Virus record (IMG/VR): IMGVR_UViG_3300036833_000331
Span: 1-25,488 of that record
DNA length: 25,488 bases
DNA from: a virus
Taxonomy: Duplodnaviria; Caudoviricetes
Direction: 5' to 3' (one strand)
Below are positions 1 to 9,749 of this stretch, piece by piece. Numbering within the stretch: the first letter of the stretch is position 1; each line of letters begins with the position of its first letter. The notes under the pieces are model-generated. The model did no database searches. It worked only from the letters and a program-made list of their open reading frames with translations, and had not been told where the DNA came from. A program made the position numbers and the translations under genes.

Positions 1-299
1 TTTATAGCGGTAGTAGAATCACTAGCACCTGTCCGGTCGGCTCCATAGTCCAGAACATTGATAAAACCAGGCAAAAACCAGCCACGAGTTCCGTTACTGA
101 CACCGTAATATCGTCCTGATACTGGGGCAGCAGCATCGTTTGTCAGGGTGAAATTGGTCCCAGTGAGGAGCACAGATTGAGAAGCGCTATAACTTGTGCC
201 GGCAGGCCCTTGCAAGCCAGCGATACCTTGGGCACCTCCGGGTGTCACCAAACTTCCGACGGGAACCACTGTGCCAGGAACTGCAATTGGATTAGCCAT
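1..299 (-). CDS. Tailspike / depolymerase-like protein, 5' part only (runs off the window)
   Basis: Hand translation from ATG at 299: MANPIAVPGTVVPVGSLVTPGGAQGIAGLQGPAG...FINVLDYGADRTGASDSTTAI. It has a short collagen-like G-X-Y stretch and the NVxDYGA...DxTxAI motif that opens pectate-lyase-3-like beta-helices. Starts 1 nt after the upstream stop. Confidence 0.75.
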   Translation of the reverse strand, partial: MANPIAVPGTVVPVGSLVTPGGAQGIAGLQGPAGTSYSASQSVLLTGTNFTLTNDAAAPVSGRYYGVSNGTRGWFLPGFINVLDYGADRTGASDSTTAI

Positions 300-300
300 G

Positions 301-846
301 TTAGTAAGTCAATTCCAGTTTATATCCCAGTGCTGCTGAGTAAATAGCTATACCATTGAAATTAAATCCCTGCACGGAAGGAATCGAAACGCCCGAAGTT
401 AGATTAACAATCGCCCCATTACGGCATCCTTGAACTGTAGCGTAAGCAGCGCCCGTCGGATCGTTTACCGATATGCCAAAGTTGATCGCCCCAAGTGTAT
501 TATTATACGCGAAAATATTTACAGGAACACCCGAAGCCAGCCTATCTAACCCTATCGTTCCAGTAGCAGACATTACCAGATTACACACAACCGTAGTGGC
601 GCCCGTAACTGTAACGGTAGCCGTACCCGAAAATGCAGCGTTGCCATAGACAACCGGAAACATGACGGTCGGCACTGAAACAGTGACGTCTCCAGTACCA
701 GCATCGCCTCCGGTTGAACTCAGGGTGACGTTGGTTCCTTGGATCAATTTAGCTACGACCGCCTGCCCTACGGTGCTGGTATCCAGATCGACTCTTTGAA
801 TGGTTCCACTGTGAACCTGAGTACCTCTAATAACGGTGACAGCCAT
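301..846 (-). CDS. Tail fibre / virion-associated protein
   Basis: 181 aa, G/T/V/A-rich and beta-strand-like, in the tail cluster. N-terminus (MAVTVIRGTQV) resembles that of 852..1784. Confidence 0.6.
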   Translation of the reverse strand: MAVTVIRGTQVHSGTIQRVDLDTSTVGQAVVAKLIQGTNVTLSSTGGDAGTGDVTVSVPTVMFPVVYGNAAFSGTATVTVTGATTVVCNLVMSATGTIGLDRLASGVPVNIFAYNNTLGAINFGISVNDPTGAAYATVQGCRNGAIVNLTSGVSIPSVQGFNFNGIAIYSAALGYKLELTY

Positions 847-851
847 AAAGT

Positions 852-1784
852 TTACTTTTGATAATTTGCCCTCAAACGATCACCAGTAGCGGGAACATTC
901 AGCATGGTGATGGTTGCTCCGCTTATCGTGTAGTCGTTCCCTGCACCCGGCTCTTGCAGTAAACCATTTAAAAAAACGCTCTCGGTATTCGCAATCGGCG
1001 TATTGGCTAATGTGAAAGTGGCGTTGACGCCATTAACGGTTCCGGCGGGTGTTTCCCGCGTAATAAAATCGGCAGGAGCCATATAATCCGTTCCGGCGAC
1101 CGCAGCCGAAATAGCGGTGCCGTTGCCCTTTAAGACGCCGGTGATGCTGGTCTGCATCGTGATCGCCGGCGTGGTCCCGGCATTGGCCACCGTGCCGGCA
1201 AAACCGTTGGCGCTAACCACTGATACTGTGGTGACTGTGCCAGAGCCACCACCGGAGGTATAAGCAGAATCCCAAGTACCGGCCGCAGTCCCGTTATTTA
1301 TCAGGGTAAATATGGCGTAGCTGCTGGCCGCCATAGTCTGCAACAGCGTGGCGCCGTTCATTTGCACCGTCACCACTCCGCTGGACCGGTTCATCACGAA
1401 ATACTGGGTGCCATTGGCCAGGGTGGTCGCATTCGGCAAAATCAGGATTTGCGTCGAAGACCCGGTAAACTGCTGAATTCCTGAACTGGCAACGGTCAGC
1501 GTGGTGGTACTCGCGGCAGTAGCAGTAGTAGTGACGTTTTCAATAGTATTATTTATCTGCCAATTGCCGTTGGCATCGCGATATCCCACTGTATTGGCCG
1601 TAGGCGCAGAAGTCATGGCAACAGCCGCAGGAGGAGCCGCGCTGCCGGTAGCATTACCGGCCACGCTGTTGGCAGTGAGATTCGCGAGCTTGGTTAAGGC
1701 GATTGCGGCCGCCGTGGCAACCTGTGCGTCGGCAATGGTCAGTCCGATTATCTGCGTTGAGCCGCGAATCTGGGTAGTGGCCAT
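852..1784 (-). CDS. Tail fibre-like protein
   Basis: 310 aa, A/T/G-rich. Contains GGGSGTVTTVSVVSANGFAGTV and a C-terminal ETPAGTVNGVNATFTL...VFLNGLLQ...DY module typical of phage fibre proteins. Confidence 0.7.
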   Translation of the reverse strand: MATTQIRGSTQIIGLTIADAQVATAAAIALTKLANLTANSVAGNATGSAAPPAAVAMTSAPTANTVGYRDANGNWQINNTIENVTTTATAASTTTLTVASSGIQQFTGSSTQILILPNATTLANGTQYFVMNRSSGVVTVQMNGATLLQTMAASSYAIFTLINNGTAAGTWDSAYTSGGGSGTVTTVSVVSANGFAGTVANAGTTPAITMQTSITGVLKGNGTAISAAVAGTDYMAPADFITRETPAGTVNGVNATFTLANTPIANTESVFLNGLLQEPGAGNDYTISGATITMLNVPATGDRLRANYQK

Positions 1785-1790
1785 AGCAAT

Positions 1791-2453
1791 TTAGGGGAGC
1801 ATGTAATCGATTGAGAGAATGTCTCCCGCTATTGGAGCACTGACGAACTGGAAAGAGTTGCTACCCGTCTCAGTATAATCATTCGTACGCCTCTGGCGCA
1901 GACCGTTCAAGTAAACCGATAACAAGTTTGTCCGATAAGCAGATACACTCGTAAAATTTGTATTAACCCCATTTATCGTCCCACCGGGAGTCTCGCCCCA
2001 GACCATCTGAAGTGCGGTCCCAGCAGCGGGCGGCACTGGGGTAAGCAAGGTTAGTTGGTTGCCACTTTGCGCGGTCACTTGCAGGGCACCTGCCTGGCCG
2101 ACCCCGCCGCCAGCCTGATCGAGATAAACCATCTCGCCAACGGCGACCCAGCTCGGGTTGACGACATTAACCGTAGTGGTACTGCCGACTGGCGGAACGG
2201 TCAGGGAAGCCGTAGTGGTCGTATAAGCCGGGTTTCCAGTCGGCCCGGCCGGTCCCGGTGGGCCTGTTGGCCCGGTCGCTCCCCCCCCAGAGCTGTAATA
2301 CGATCCAGGGGTTACAGAGTTTTGAACTAGCGTAGCCCACTGGCTCAATTGCAGCAGAAATAGCCGCATCTGCACATCGAACTGCTTGTTTTCTAAGGTC
2401 AGATTGTACGATGCCCAGACTTGCGGATTGCCTGCGAATAAAGCTGTTGCCAT
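1791..2453 (-). CDS. Collagen-repeat tail fibre-like protein
   Basis: GATGPTGPPGPAGPTG collagen triplets. C-terminal ETPGGTINGVNTNFT...VYLNGLRQ...DY module paralogous to 852..1784. Confidence 0.7.
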   Translation of the reverse strand: MATALFAGNPQVWASYNLTLENKQFDVQMRLFLLQLSQWATLVQNSVTPGSYYSSGGGATGPTGPPGPAGPTGNPAYTTTTASLTVPPVGSTTTVNVVNPSWVAVGEMVYLDQAGGGVGQAGALQVTAQSGNQLTLLTPVPPAAGTALQMVWGETPGGTINGVNTNFTSVSAYRTNLLSVYLNGLRQRRTNDYTETGSNSFQFVSAPIAGDILSIDYMLP

Positions 2454-2458
2454 TAGCG

Positions 2459-3313
2459 CTAAGTCTTAATGATAAACTGCACCCATAGATAGGGTGGTAA
2501 ATACGGTGCCCCAGATCCAGTATTTTGGGTAGTGTTGATCCCGGTATAACTCAGGCCAGTAGTGGCGCCTTGACTACCAAAAGCAGTGCCTGAGCCAACG
2601 CCACCCGTTCCGCCAACCTGCGCGTAAGTGTGCGCGTGCGTTAGATCGGTTATGGGGTGGCTGTGCGGCGGCAGATTCGCGATGGTGATCTGTGTCGATC
2701 CGCCGGTGGGGCCAGGTGTTCCGGTTCCCCCGCGCGGAAAGACGTTGTTGAAATTCGGAAGATTAAAGGTGGCACCCGCTCCGCCAAAATTGTAGGCGAT
2801 CACCGCGAACAGATTAGCGTAGGTAGCGGTGGACACCCCGGCGCCATTGCACAGCAGCCAGCCAAATGGGGCCGTCGCTCCTCCGAACATGGTAATGCTG
2901 CCAATGGGAGGCCCAGCGAGAGCATTGTTGATCAGACAAAAGTTTGTGCCGTCATGAATCACGATCGTTTTGCGGTTAGCAATGATCGCGTCTGCTCCTA
3001 GAGCGTTGCCGAATTCGTCCAGGATAACTTGTGATCCAAGTGGCGCCACCGTCAGTGTTGCGGTACCGGTGTTCGTGGTTGACGGAATAAAGCACACGTA
3101 CATCCCAGCCTGATACGCCGATGGAGCGCCTAAAGGGACCGTCACGCTATAGGCGTTTAGTGTGCCGGTATCAGTGGGAATTCCATTAACAAACCCCACA
3201 CTGGCATCATTAAATGTCCCTTGGAAAAACGTGCTATTCTGGTCCATCTGCGCCAGACTCCAAGGGGCCGAAGTTCCCGCAAAAGCGTTTGGATTAGGAC
3301 AGCGATTAGCCAT
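2459..3313 (-). CDS. Tail fibre protein with phage tail-collar domain
   Basis: PPIGSITMFGGATAPFGWLLCNG...YANLFAVI...TFNLPNF...FPRG is the tail-collar signature. Followed by LPPHSH, HAHT and LPPYLWVQFIIKT fibre-tip motifs. Confidence 0.9.
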   Translation of the reverse strand: MANRCPNPNAFAGTSAPWSLAQMDQNSTFFQGTFNDASVGFVNGIPTDTGTLNAYSVTVPLGAPSAYQAGMYVCFIPSTTNTGTATLTVAPLGSQVILDEFGNALGADAIIANRKTIVIHDGTNFCLINNALAGPPIGSITMFGGATAPFGWLLCNGAGVSTATYANLFAVIAYNFGGAGATFNLPNFNNVFPRGGTGTPGPTGGSTQITIANLPPHSHPITDLTHAHTYAQVGGTGGVGSGTAFGSQGATTGLSYTGINTTQNTGSGAPYLPPYLWVQFIIKT

Positions 3314-3316
3314 TGT

Positions 3317-4912
3317 TTAACCCTTGGCCGCCTCCATTTTGCGGTAGCTGACCACGAAACTATGCAGCACCGCTCCGATAGAAGAGATCGTAATATTTAC
3401 GCCCATTGCTCTTTCTTGGTATGGCACTACGGCTTGTTCTAGGACGAAGTATGCAGGGCTCATTGCAAACCAAGTCCCTTGCGTGTGCGCAGCATTTATC
3501 CAGTTTCCTTGGACACCGGCATTATTGATCCACTGGCCTTGGTTTGGACTGTAGGTGTATGTGCGAGGACCAGCCGGTTGCGCCGGACCGCTGACCACGC
3601 CAGACGAATCCAGTTCACTAATCGTCAAAGTGGTTGCTGAAAATATCACGAACTGGATAGCGAAATTCGTGTACAGGTCGTAATCGAGCTTGCTCAAGAA
3701 ATCCCAGATTTTGGAATTCATGGTGCTAGTGACCGTGCTGGAGCCGCCAAACAGGTTGTAGATATGTCCGCTAGGATCGGTCATGAACACTATCGGTTCA
3801 TTGTTCGTCACGAAACTGCTGACCTGCCCGCTAATTCGCGCTACACTCCCGGTCCCGGTCCCGGTGACTGGGATCACTCGAAACCAAAGACCATCGGAAG
3901 TAAGTCCGAACACTGTATTGTTTCCGTCGCCGTTCCATTGCGCTTGCCACAAGAGGCACGGCTTTTTTTGAATCTCCGTGTAGGCGCCCGTAAAGGAGCT
4001 GGCAGCGTTGAGGTTCTGAAAAAACCCATCCAGTTGCGTGCTAATCTTTTGTGGGACCGTCCCTGAACAGGTCCAAAAGCCGTATTGATTCGCGAAGTAG
4101 AAACTTGATCCGGAATCGATCAATGACCATTTAGTGTTAATGCTGACTGAGGAGTTGAGTGTCGGTTGCTGGAATACCAACACAGCCGGCGTCCCTACAT
4201 CCACCAGGTTGTTAATTGTTTTAATCCAATTGCTGCCGAAAACATAAAGTGACCCAAGCAGATCGCGCATCCCGATCACCGGATTATTGCAATGACCGTC
4301 CGTAATGGCAAACGAACCCGAATCGCCGGAGAGCGAATTGTACGTGCCCGATGCGGTCCACGTGATGACCAGACCGTTGGACATCCACAGCCGGCCGGCG
4401 TACACGGCGAGAAACTGTTCGGGCTGAGAACTGAACAGTGTCGTTAACGCCGATCCGTTCCAGGCATAGACTTTCGCCGCGACGAAATCGTTAATAATGA
4501 CTTGGTTGCCCTGCCAGATCGCGATGTCGCATTGGTTCATACCCGTCGCAAATCCACTGCCAAGATCCGTCACCGTTGCTCCGGTCAAGCTCACCTGATA
4601 GATATGTCCATTTGAACACAAGTACCAAGTATAAAGATTGCCGTTAAGAATGTCCGAATAACTCCAGATAACGGGTGCTGCGAGTGTGGCCAGTAGCGGC
4701 CCAGGCCCCGGAACCTGCTGGAATGCCGACAGTTGCGGCACCCAATTTATCAGTTCATCGGCCTCGCTATCCGCGATTACCCACCTGGACGCGGAATTAA
4801 ACTTGTTGAGTCCGCCCCAATTTATCGCACCGCTCGCACCCGTAATCGGGCTGATCGTTATCGGCGGTATACCGAATTCTTCATCACGACCTTTGGTTTG
4901 GGCTTCTGGCAT
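3317..4912 (-). CDS. Tail nozzle / packaged-DNA stabilisation protein (P22 gp10 / tail tubular B-like)
   Basis: 531 aa, beta-propeller-like W/F/Y-rich strands (LAVYAGRLWM, LGSLYVFG), directly after the adaptor. Call is from size and gene order. Confidence 0.7.
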   Translation of the reverse strand: MPEAQTKGRDEEFGIPPITISPITGASGAINWGGLNKFNSASRWVIADSEADELINWVPQLSAFQQVPGPGPLLATLAAPVIWSYSDILNGNLYTWYLCSNGHIYQVSLTGATVTDLGSGFATGMNQCDIAIWQGNQVIINDFVAAKVYAWNGSALTTLFSSQPEQFLAVYAGRLWMSNGLVITWTASGTYNSLSGDSGSFAITDGHCNNPVIGMRDLLGSLYVFGSNWIKTINNLVDVGTPAVLVFQQPTLNSSVSINTKWSLIDSGSSFYFANQYGFWTCSGTVPQKISTQLDGFFQNLNAASSFTGAYTEIQKKPCLLWQAQWNGDGNNTVFGLTSDGLWFRVIPVTGTGTGSVARISGQVSSFVTNNEPIVFMTDPSGHIYNLFGGSSTVTSTMNSKIWDFLSKLDYDLYTNFAIQFVIFSATTLTISELDSSGVVSGPAQPAGPRTYTYSPNQGQWINNAGVQGNWINAAHTQGTWFAMSPAYFVLEQAVVPYQERAMGVNITISSIGAVLHSFVVSYRKMEAAKG

Positions 4913-4915
4913 GGT

Positions 4916-5602
4916 CTAATCGTAGATGCTCGCATATGGCGGCGTCATGTAAGGTGGCATCGCTGCGGCGTACTGGTCGAGGTAACGCAGGTATTTCGCT
5001 TCTAACTTGTCTGCAGTTTCCTCGTCATTATTAAAGCTCCAGGCCCAGCTCGCCGCCATGAATGGAATAAGCGTATCAGCTAATGGGCTTGGGATCGCTA
5101 ATTCGGGATCGGTATAATTCACAAGGTTATTCGCGAGCCACGTGCACCGGACCTCCATGTACCAGGTTCCGTTGGACGGCGCGGGGCCCAAGTAAATATT
5201 GGCGAGCGGTCCGCCCACATCCGGCAGGATCGCGTAAGCTTCCGGTAACGAATTGATCGGGTTAAGCCGGTAACGCTGGTTGAGCGTGCTCCAAGGTACA
5301 GGCTCAAGTGGTTCTTTGAGTGTGGGTGCCTGAACGAAGTTGACGCCAAGAACAGCCTGGACGGCACGCGCACTCGGCTGAATTGCCTGGAGCGCTGACA
5401 GGATCATATTGAAGCTGTAGCTTTCTTGCCCGACAACGAGTGTTATCGTGACAACGGATTGAGTCGAAAGCGAGTCGGTAATCAACCGGTCGCGCGCCTT
5501 ATTGATGGCGCTAATTAACTGAGCGTCAAGAAAGGTTTTCGCATTCGGATCATGCAAGACGAACCGAGTATCTGTAAGGTAGCTTTGGAGTGTACTGGCC
5601 AC
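4916..5602 (-). CDS. Head-tail adaptor (tail tubular A / P22 gp4-like)
   Basis: TLQSYLTDTRFVLHD...FLDAQLISAINKA N-terminus, LVVGQESYSF and IYLGPAP motifs. Position between capsid and nozzle genes. Confidence 0.7.
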   Translation of the reverse strand: MASTLQSYLTDTRFVLHDPNAKTFLDAQLISAINKARDRLITDSLSTQSVVTITLVVGQESYSFNMILSALQAIQPSARAVQAVLGVNFVQAPTLKEPLEPVPWSTLNQRYRLNPINSLPEAYAILPDVGGPLANIYLGPAPSNGTWYMEVRCTWLANNLVNYTDPELAIPSPLADTLIPFMAASWAWSFNNDEETADKLEAKYLRYLDQYAAAMPPYMTPPYASIYD

Positions 5603-5607
5603 ATCGG

Positions 5608-6114
5608 CTAGATCCTCATGAACTCCTCCGCCGTCATCTGGCGCGGGATTCTCTTGAGGCGAAACTTCAGCTTGTTAGTAAACCAGTTCCGGAACTCCTG
5701 GTCATCATCGTAATGACCCGGTATCCCGGAGTTCTTATCGTAGGGAAAGCTGCCGTCCTGGTTAACGAACCTTTTCGGACACAGGCCGCCGAGTCGCTCA
5801 TAGAACAGTCCTTCGTCCTCGTCACCCTCAGGCTCGTATGCGCGCTCGACAAATCCGTTAGCATCGACAACGGGCTGACCTTCCGCGTCCTGCGCAAGGC
5901 CGAACAGTTGGCGCGCAACTAACCATGGAAACACGTTCCAATGCGGTTTCTCACCGGGGCGTGATACCTCGCACTTGTAATGCTGACCGGAATAAAACGG
6001 ATCGTATTTAATCGGTCCTTCATTGAGCACACCCACAATGAAGGTATCGCCAGCCCCGATCATCGTCTGTTCGGGAGCCGCCCGCATATTGCGCATGGTT
6101 GCTTGGGTTGCCAT
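5608..6114 (-). CDS. Hypothetical phage protein
   Basis: 168 aa ORF, start overlaps the upstream stop (TAATG). Confidence 0.6.
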   Translation of the reverse strand: MATQATMRNMRAAPEQTMIGAGDTFIVGVLNEGPIKYDPFYSGQHYKCEVSRPGEKPHWNVFPWLVARQLFGLAQDAEGQPVVDANGFVERAYEPEGDEDEGLFYERLGGLCPKRFVNQDGSFPYDKNSGIPGHYDDDQEFRNWFTNKLKFRLKRIPRQMTAEEFMRI

Positions 6115-6959
6115 TATTGCACACTTTGCCTAACGCGATAGATCGTGTAGGTGTTTCTGGTCGTGCCACCACTCAAAATGGCCCAGGTCATCCCATCAAG
6201 TTCCACACCTTGGAAGACTGATCCCGCTGCTAAACTAAAAACCGTTGTCCACGTCCCAGCCAGATTCGCCTGCAAAGATGACGCAGTTGTCACGATCGTA
6301 GCAGCCAAGAAACCTTTACCGGGCGCCGGAATATAGCGCTGGCTCGCCGTTGTCGAAGCAGCTTGCAAATCGGGAGGCGCCCAATATGCATCAACCACAT
6401 CTACGGTAGCAGCCGGTGGAGCAGGGAAAAAGCTAGTCGGCTGCGAAAACGTTGACGAGAACCTTGGATTAGGATTCACGTTCCAGCCGTTGCCGCCGGG
6501 AGCAGGCGCTTGAATCACCCAAGTGCTACCGGGAGGGGCGCCGGCCGGGTTCGTTGTAGGCGCTGCATAAACGACACCGTTAACCTGGACGAAGGAGGCT
6601 GCTGGAGCTACCCCGCCCCCACCAGTATAAGTGCCGGTATTATCCCAAGCCTGACTTAACCAAGTAACCGGAGCTGGAATAGTGATGCCCGCAGCACCCG
6701 AAGCAAAGCCAAAAGTCTGCTGTTGCTGCTCTTTAAGCTGCGCGAACCCAAGTTGTTCCTGGCGGCCTCTCGGCGCGAACCGTTGCCCGCGCACATGGGT
6801 TCCGTACCCGCCCGCCATCAGCCGATCAAACTGTCGGCCATGCTTGTCACGCATCGCCGCCTGATACTTCGCGCTAAAGATGCGATCAATGTCCGCAAGC
6901 GTCACTTTAGAGTTCAGCTCGTCCTCACGCTGCCACGCTGATTTAGTTGGTAAGTTCAT
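6114..6959 (-). CDS. Putative virion structural / capsid decoration protein
   Basis: Likely start is ATG at 6959 (MNLPTKS, 281 aa), just after the capsid stop. A/G/T/P-rich C-terminal part. Function inferred from position only. Confidence 0.5.
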   Translation of the reverse strand: MNLPTKSAWQREDELNSKVTLADIDRIFSAKYQAAMRDKHGRQFDRLMAGGYGTHVRGQRFAPRGRQEQLGFAQLKEQQQQTFGFASGAAGITIPAPVTWLSQAWDNTGTYTGGGGVAPAASFVQVNGVVYAAPTTNPAGAPPGSTWVIQAPAPGGNGWNVNPNPRFSSTFSQPTSFFPAPPAATVDVVDAYWAPPDLQAASTTASQRYIPAPGKGFLAATIVTTASSLQANLAGTWTTVFSLAAGSVFQGVELDGMTWAILSGGTTRNTYTIYRVRQSVQ

Positions 6960-6972
6960 AAGTAGCTGATTC

Positions 6973-7977
6973 TCAAAGGCTGACCGTGCCGGTAATTCCG
7001 TAGAGGACCGATGAGGCCCGAGGCTTAGTGTTGATAAATTGGCAGAGCAACAGCACAACGGCGACGTAGTTGAGTTGGAGGGCGGGCACCATCGATTGGA
7101 AATCGATCATTGCCCAATTGCATTTCTCGTGGACCTGCGCAGTAAAGTAGTTGGTGTTGGTTAGCCAGATCGCGCCCTCCGCAAGATATGGGTCCAAGTA
7201 GATCGGCACCCCCATCACCTCCATCGCAATAAAACTGGAGGTATACTTGTCGGTTTGGGATTCGGTTGTGATGATTCGTTCAAGCGGCAAAAAATCCTGT
7301 TGCAACTGCGCGAAAGTCGATGGACCACAAACCGCTAGATCCGGCTTTTCGCCCTGTTGTTTGAAACAGCCGATCGTGTAGAGACTGAACAGTGCGCGCG
7401 TAATTGGCGCGGCGACATTGTAGCGCTTGGATTGCCACCAGGTTCCACTCGATCTTAGAATGTTTCCAAAAGACGAATTGTTTGTTCCATCATCGATCAG
7501 CCACCCAAGTCCTTGCAACTGAGTATTGTCACTCAGATTTGTCGCTAACATTCCTTCCATGTACTCACCGGTCGCGTTGCCTGCATCGGTCATTCGAAGC
7601 TCAACCACATCCTGAATCTTCTGCTCGTCCTGTTGCAGAATCTCATTTAAGTACACGGGAATGGGCGTGGCGATCATGACGTATGGCCAGGCCGCACTTT
7701 GGACAAATGGCACCGGTTGCGGGTTGGCAAACGGGCCGGTAAATGTCGTCACTTGCGGCTGCACACCTGGCGCGTACTGGACGTTGGCCATAAGGTTGTC
7801 CAGACCGCCGGTTGCCGGGATAGCGTTGGAAAACAGCGCGGTGACGAGCGGCCGCTGGTTATAAATTTCGCAGACAGCATCCATCAAGTAGCTGCGCCGG
7901 GTGATGGAAGAGAGGAAGTTGCCGTACGCACCCGATGGTTCAGCGCCTTGACCTAATGCCAGTGGAAATATAGCCAT
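6973..7977 (-). CDS. Major capsid protein (HK97-like fold)
   Basis: 334 aa. Motifs LQGLGWLIDDGTN...FGNILRSSGTWWQS, EKPDLAVCG and MGVPIYLDPY. Lies between scaffold-like and adaptor genes. Confidence 0.85.
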   Translation of the reverse strand: MAIFPLALGQGAEPSGAYGNFLSSITRRSYLMDAVCEIYNQRPLVTALFSNAIPATGGLDNLMANVQYAPGVQPQVTTFTGPFANPQPVPFVQSAAWPYVMIATPIPVYLNEILQQDEQKIQDVVELRMTDAGNATGEYMEGMLATNLSDNTQLQGLGWLIDDGTNNSSFGNILRSSGTWWQSKRYNVAAPITRALFSLYTIGCFKQQGEKPDLAVCGPSTFAQLQQDFLPLERIITTESQTDKYTSSFIAMEVMGVPIYLDPYLAEGAIWLTNTNYFTAQVHEKCNWAMIDFQSMVPALQLNYVAVVLLLCQFINTKPRASSVLYGITGTVSL

Positions 7978-7984
7978 AAATTAC

Positions 7985-8560
7985 TTAACTGATTCTGCCT
8001 TGAATCTTGTTTAACTCGTCGTTTTTCGCCTCTTCCCACCGGCGCCGCCCATCGACTTTTCGCTGGCGCCGGTTCATCATGAGCGGATTCTTGGTCTTGT
8101 CGTCACTCATCATGTCCTCGCGCCAGCCGGCGGAATCGTTAGTCATGGGTTGACCAGCGAGATTAAATACCGGGCTTACCGTGGAAGGCGATAGGGGCGC
8201 ATCCATACGCTGAACGTATTCAGCCGCTTGGACATAGTTATGAAATACCGGGAAATCCTTTTCATCAATCATCCTCTTTTCGAGCTTGGCAATGTTGTCA
8301 TTGCTCCAGCCCTTGGCCCGGAGACTCGCGCGGTTGCGCTCATAGAAATCGCTGTTTTCGCGGTCCTTTAGCCTTAGCTCAAGGGCATCAATCTTTTCCT
8401 GGAGCGGAGAGAGCATTTTCTCCTCGGTTTCGCGCATCTTGAGGATAGGATGATCTTTGTGTTCCGGGTGACGTTTGAGCCGATCGACTAGGACGCGCAG
8501 ATCCTCGGGATCGTTCGCGAGAGTTTCAAAAGCTTTAATATCAGCGGCCGAGAGGGGCAT
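7985..8560 (-). CDS. Putative scaffolding protein
   Basis: 191 aa, highly charged and helical/coiled-coil, immediately upstream of the capsid gene. Confidence 0.55.
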   Translation of the reverse strand: MPLSAADIKAFETLANDPEDLRVLVDRLKRHPEHKDHPILKMRETEEKMLSPLQEKIDALELRLKDRENSDFYERNRASLRAKGWSNDNIAKLEKRMIDEKDFPVFHNYVQAAEYVQRMDAPLSPSTVSPVFNLAGQPMTNDSAGWREDMMSDDKTKNPLMMNRRQRKVDGRRRWEEAKNDELNKIQGRIS

Positions 8561-8562
8561 AG

Positions 8563-8853
8563 CTATGGCGTGGTTGACCAGACATTGGCAGCGAGTGGAA
8601 CAGTTTGCGAGCTAGTGGTTAAACCGTTACCGGTTTGCGCCGACCAGTATTGACCCATGCGACCGCTGGTCACAGAGCCTCCTTTGTGCATCAACTGATT
8701 GAGACATTCCTGCCATGAGAAGCAAACATCAGTAGATCCCCAAGGCGTGACAATCTGGAACGTGGCCGCATTGATCGGGTTAGTAGCAGCAACCGAAGAA
8801 CCAGGGACACTGCTGATATTCACCGACATGTAAAAGTTAGTGATAGCAGCCAC
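8563..8853 (-). CDS. Hypothetical protein
   Basis: 96 aa, GTG start overlapping the upstream stop, tightly packed in the operon. Confidence 0.55.
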   Translation of the reverse strand: MAAITNFYMSVNISSVPGSSVAATNPINAATFQIVTPWGSTDVCFSWQECLNQLMHKGGSVTSGRMGQYWSAQTGNGLTTSSQTVPLAANVWSTTP

Positions 8854-9038
8854 TATCTTTTTCCAACCTTCATGACTTGATTGCCTGCTTTACGCCGGCA
8901 AGCGAACCTGGCCTTGCTCGGGCCACCGATCTCGCCGATATCAGGTGGAGAAAAGATCGGACCTCGATCTTTGCCGCCTGCGTCCCAAGGCGATTTAGGT
9001 TTACCAAACGACGGGTTAATAGGAATTGACTGAGCCAT
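8853..9038 (-). CDS. Small basic hypothetical protein
   Basis: 61 aa, preceded by AAAGGA, K/R-rich tail, fills the operon gap. Confidence 0.6.
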   Translation of the reverse strand: MAQSIPINPSFGKPKSPWDAGGKDRGPIFSPPDIGEIGGPSKARFACRRKAGNQVMKVGKR

Positions 9039-9041
9039 AAA

Positions 9042-9290
9042 TTATCCTTTTTGCTTAACGAGAGCAGGCCCTTCGAGGCGATCAGGGCGAGCGGGTACAT
9101 TAGAAATCTGCTGTGCTTCGTCTGGGCTTAAAGCAGTGATTCTGCGATGCAGTTCATGAAGCTGATTCTCAAGAGAGCTCAAGTCAGCTTTGAACTTCGC
9201 TCTCTCCTGATCATTGATCTCCAGGCGTTCGCGCAAACTCTTGGAAGTGTCTGCAGCCTGGCCTAGCAGTTTGAGTAATTCGCTTGTCAT
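9042..9290 (-). CDS. Coiled-coil hypothetical protein
   Basis: 82 aa with heptad-like LSSLENQLHELHRRI. ATGA overlap with the upstream gene. Confidence 0.6.
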   Translation of the reverse strand: MTSELLKLLGQAADTSKSLRERLEINDQERAKFKADLSSLENQLHELHRRITALSPDEAQQISNVPARPDRLEGPALVKQKG

Positions 9291-9643
9291 TTGCGTAATT
9301 TCTTTCTACCTGGATAAGGAGTTTGCTTTTCCTCGCCTGCACCCCAATCCGGTTCGGACTTGGCAGGAGTGGACTTCGACATCGGCACAGTCAGGCTAGG
9401 CGTTTTGTGTGACTGTTTATCGAGCATGGTCGGGGGAGCGGTGCCGTCATTGATCTGGCCGGCAATCTTCTGGTAGGGTTGAACCCGCACCTGAGAACAG
9501 AGCACAAAAGCTCTATCGGCGTATTGCGGTGCTTTGATCACATCGCTGGTACAACCCCAATCGGCCATATTCTTGACTGGAAGCAACTCATCCGCAGTGC
9601 GGTGCTGATTGGTTGCGAGCGGAACTTTGCGTGTTCTGGGCAT
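9287..9643 (-). CDS. Hypothetical protein
   Basis: 118 aa ORF in the coupled operon. Confidence 0.6.
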   Translation of the reverse strand: MPRTRKVPLATNQHRTADELLPVKNMADWGCTSDVIKAPQYADRAFVLCSQVRVQPYQKIAGQINDGTAPPTMLDKQSHKTPSLTVPMSKSTPAKSEPDWGAGEEKQTPYPGRKKLRK

Positions 9644-9644
9644 C

Positions 9645-9749
9645 TTATTTCCGGGCTCCGAATCGTTTAGCTCTGCCGCCGATACGCGGCATCTTCATGG
9701 CAGCTGCGCCGGGAACTCTCAATTTGCTTCGTCCACCGATTTTTCTCAT
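9645..9749 (-). CDS. Very basic 34-aa peptide (not in ORF track)
   Basis: MRKIGGRSKLRVPGAAAMKMPRIGGRAKRFGARK. ATGA overlap with the upstream stop, and ends 1 nt before the next ATG. Confidence 0.65.
   Translation of the reverse strand: MRKIGGRSKLRVPGAAAMKMPRIGGRAKRFGARK

Noticed and set aside
6960-7058. Extended N-terminus overlapping the capsid gene (possible frameshift fusion)
   Set aside because: No clear slippery heptamer before the capsid stop. A separate ATG at 6959 explains the gene.
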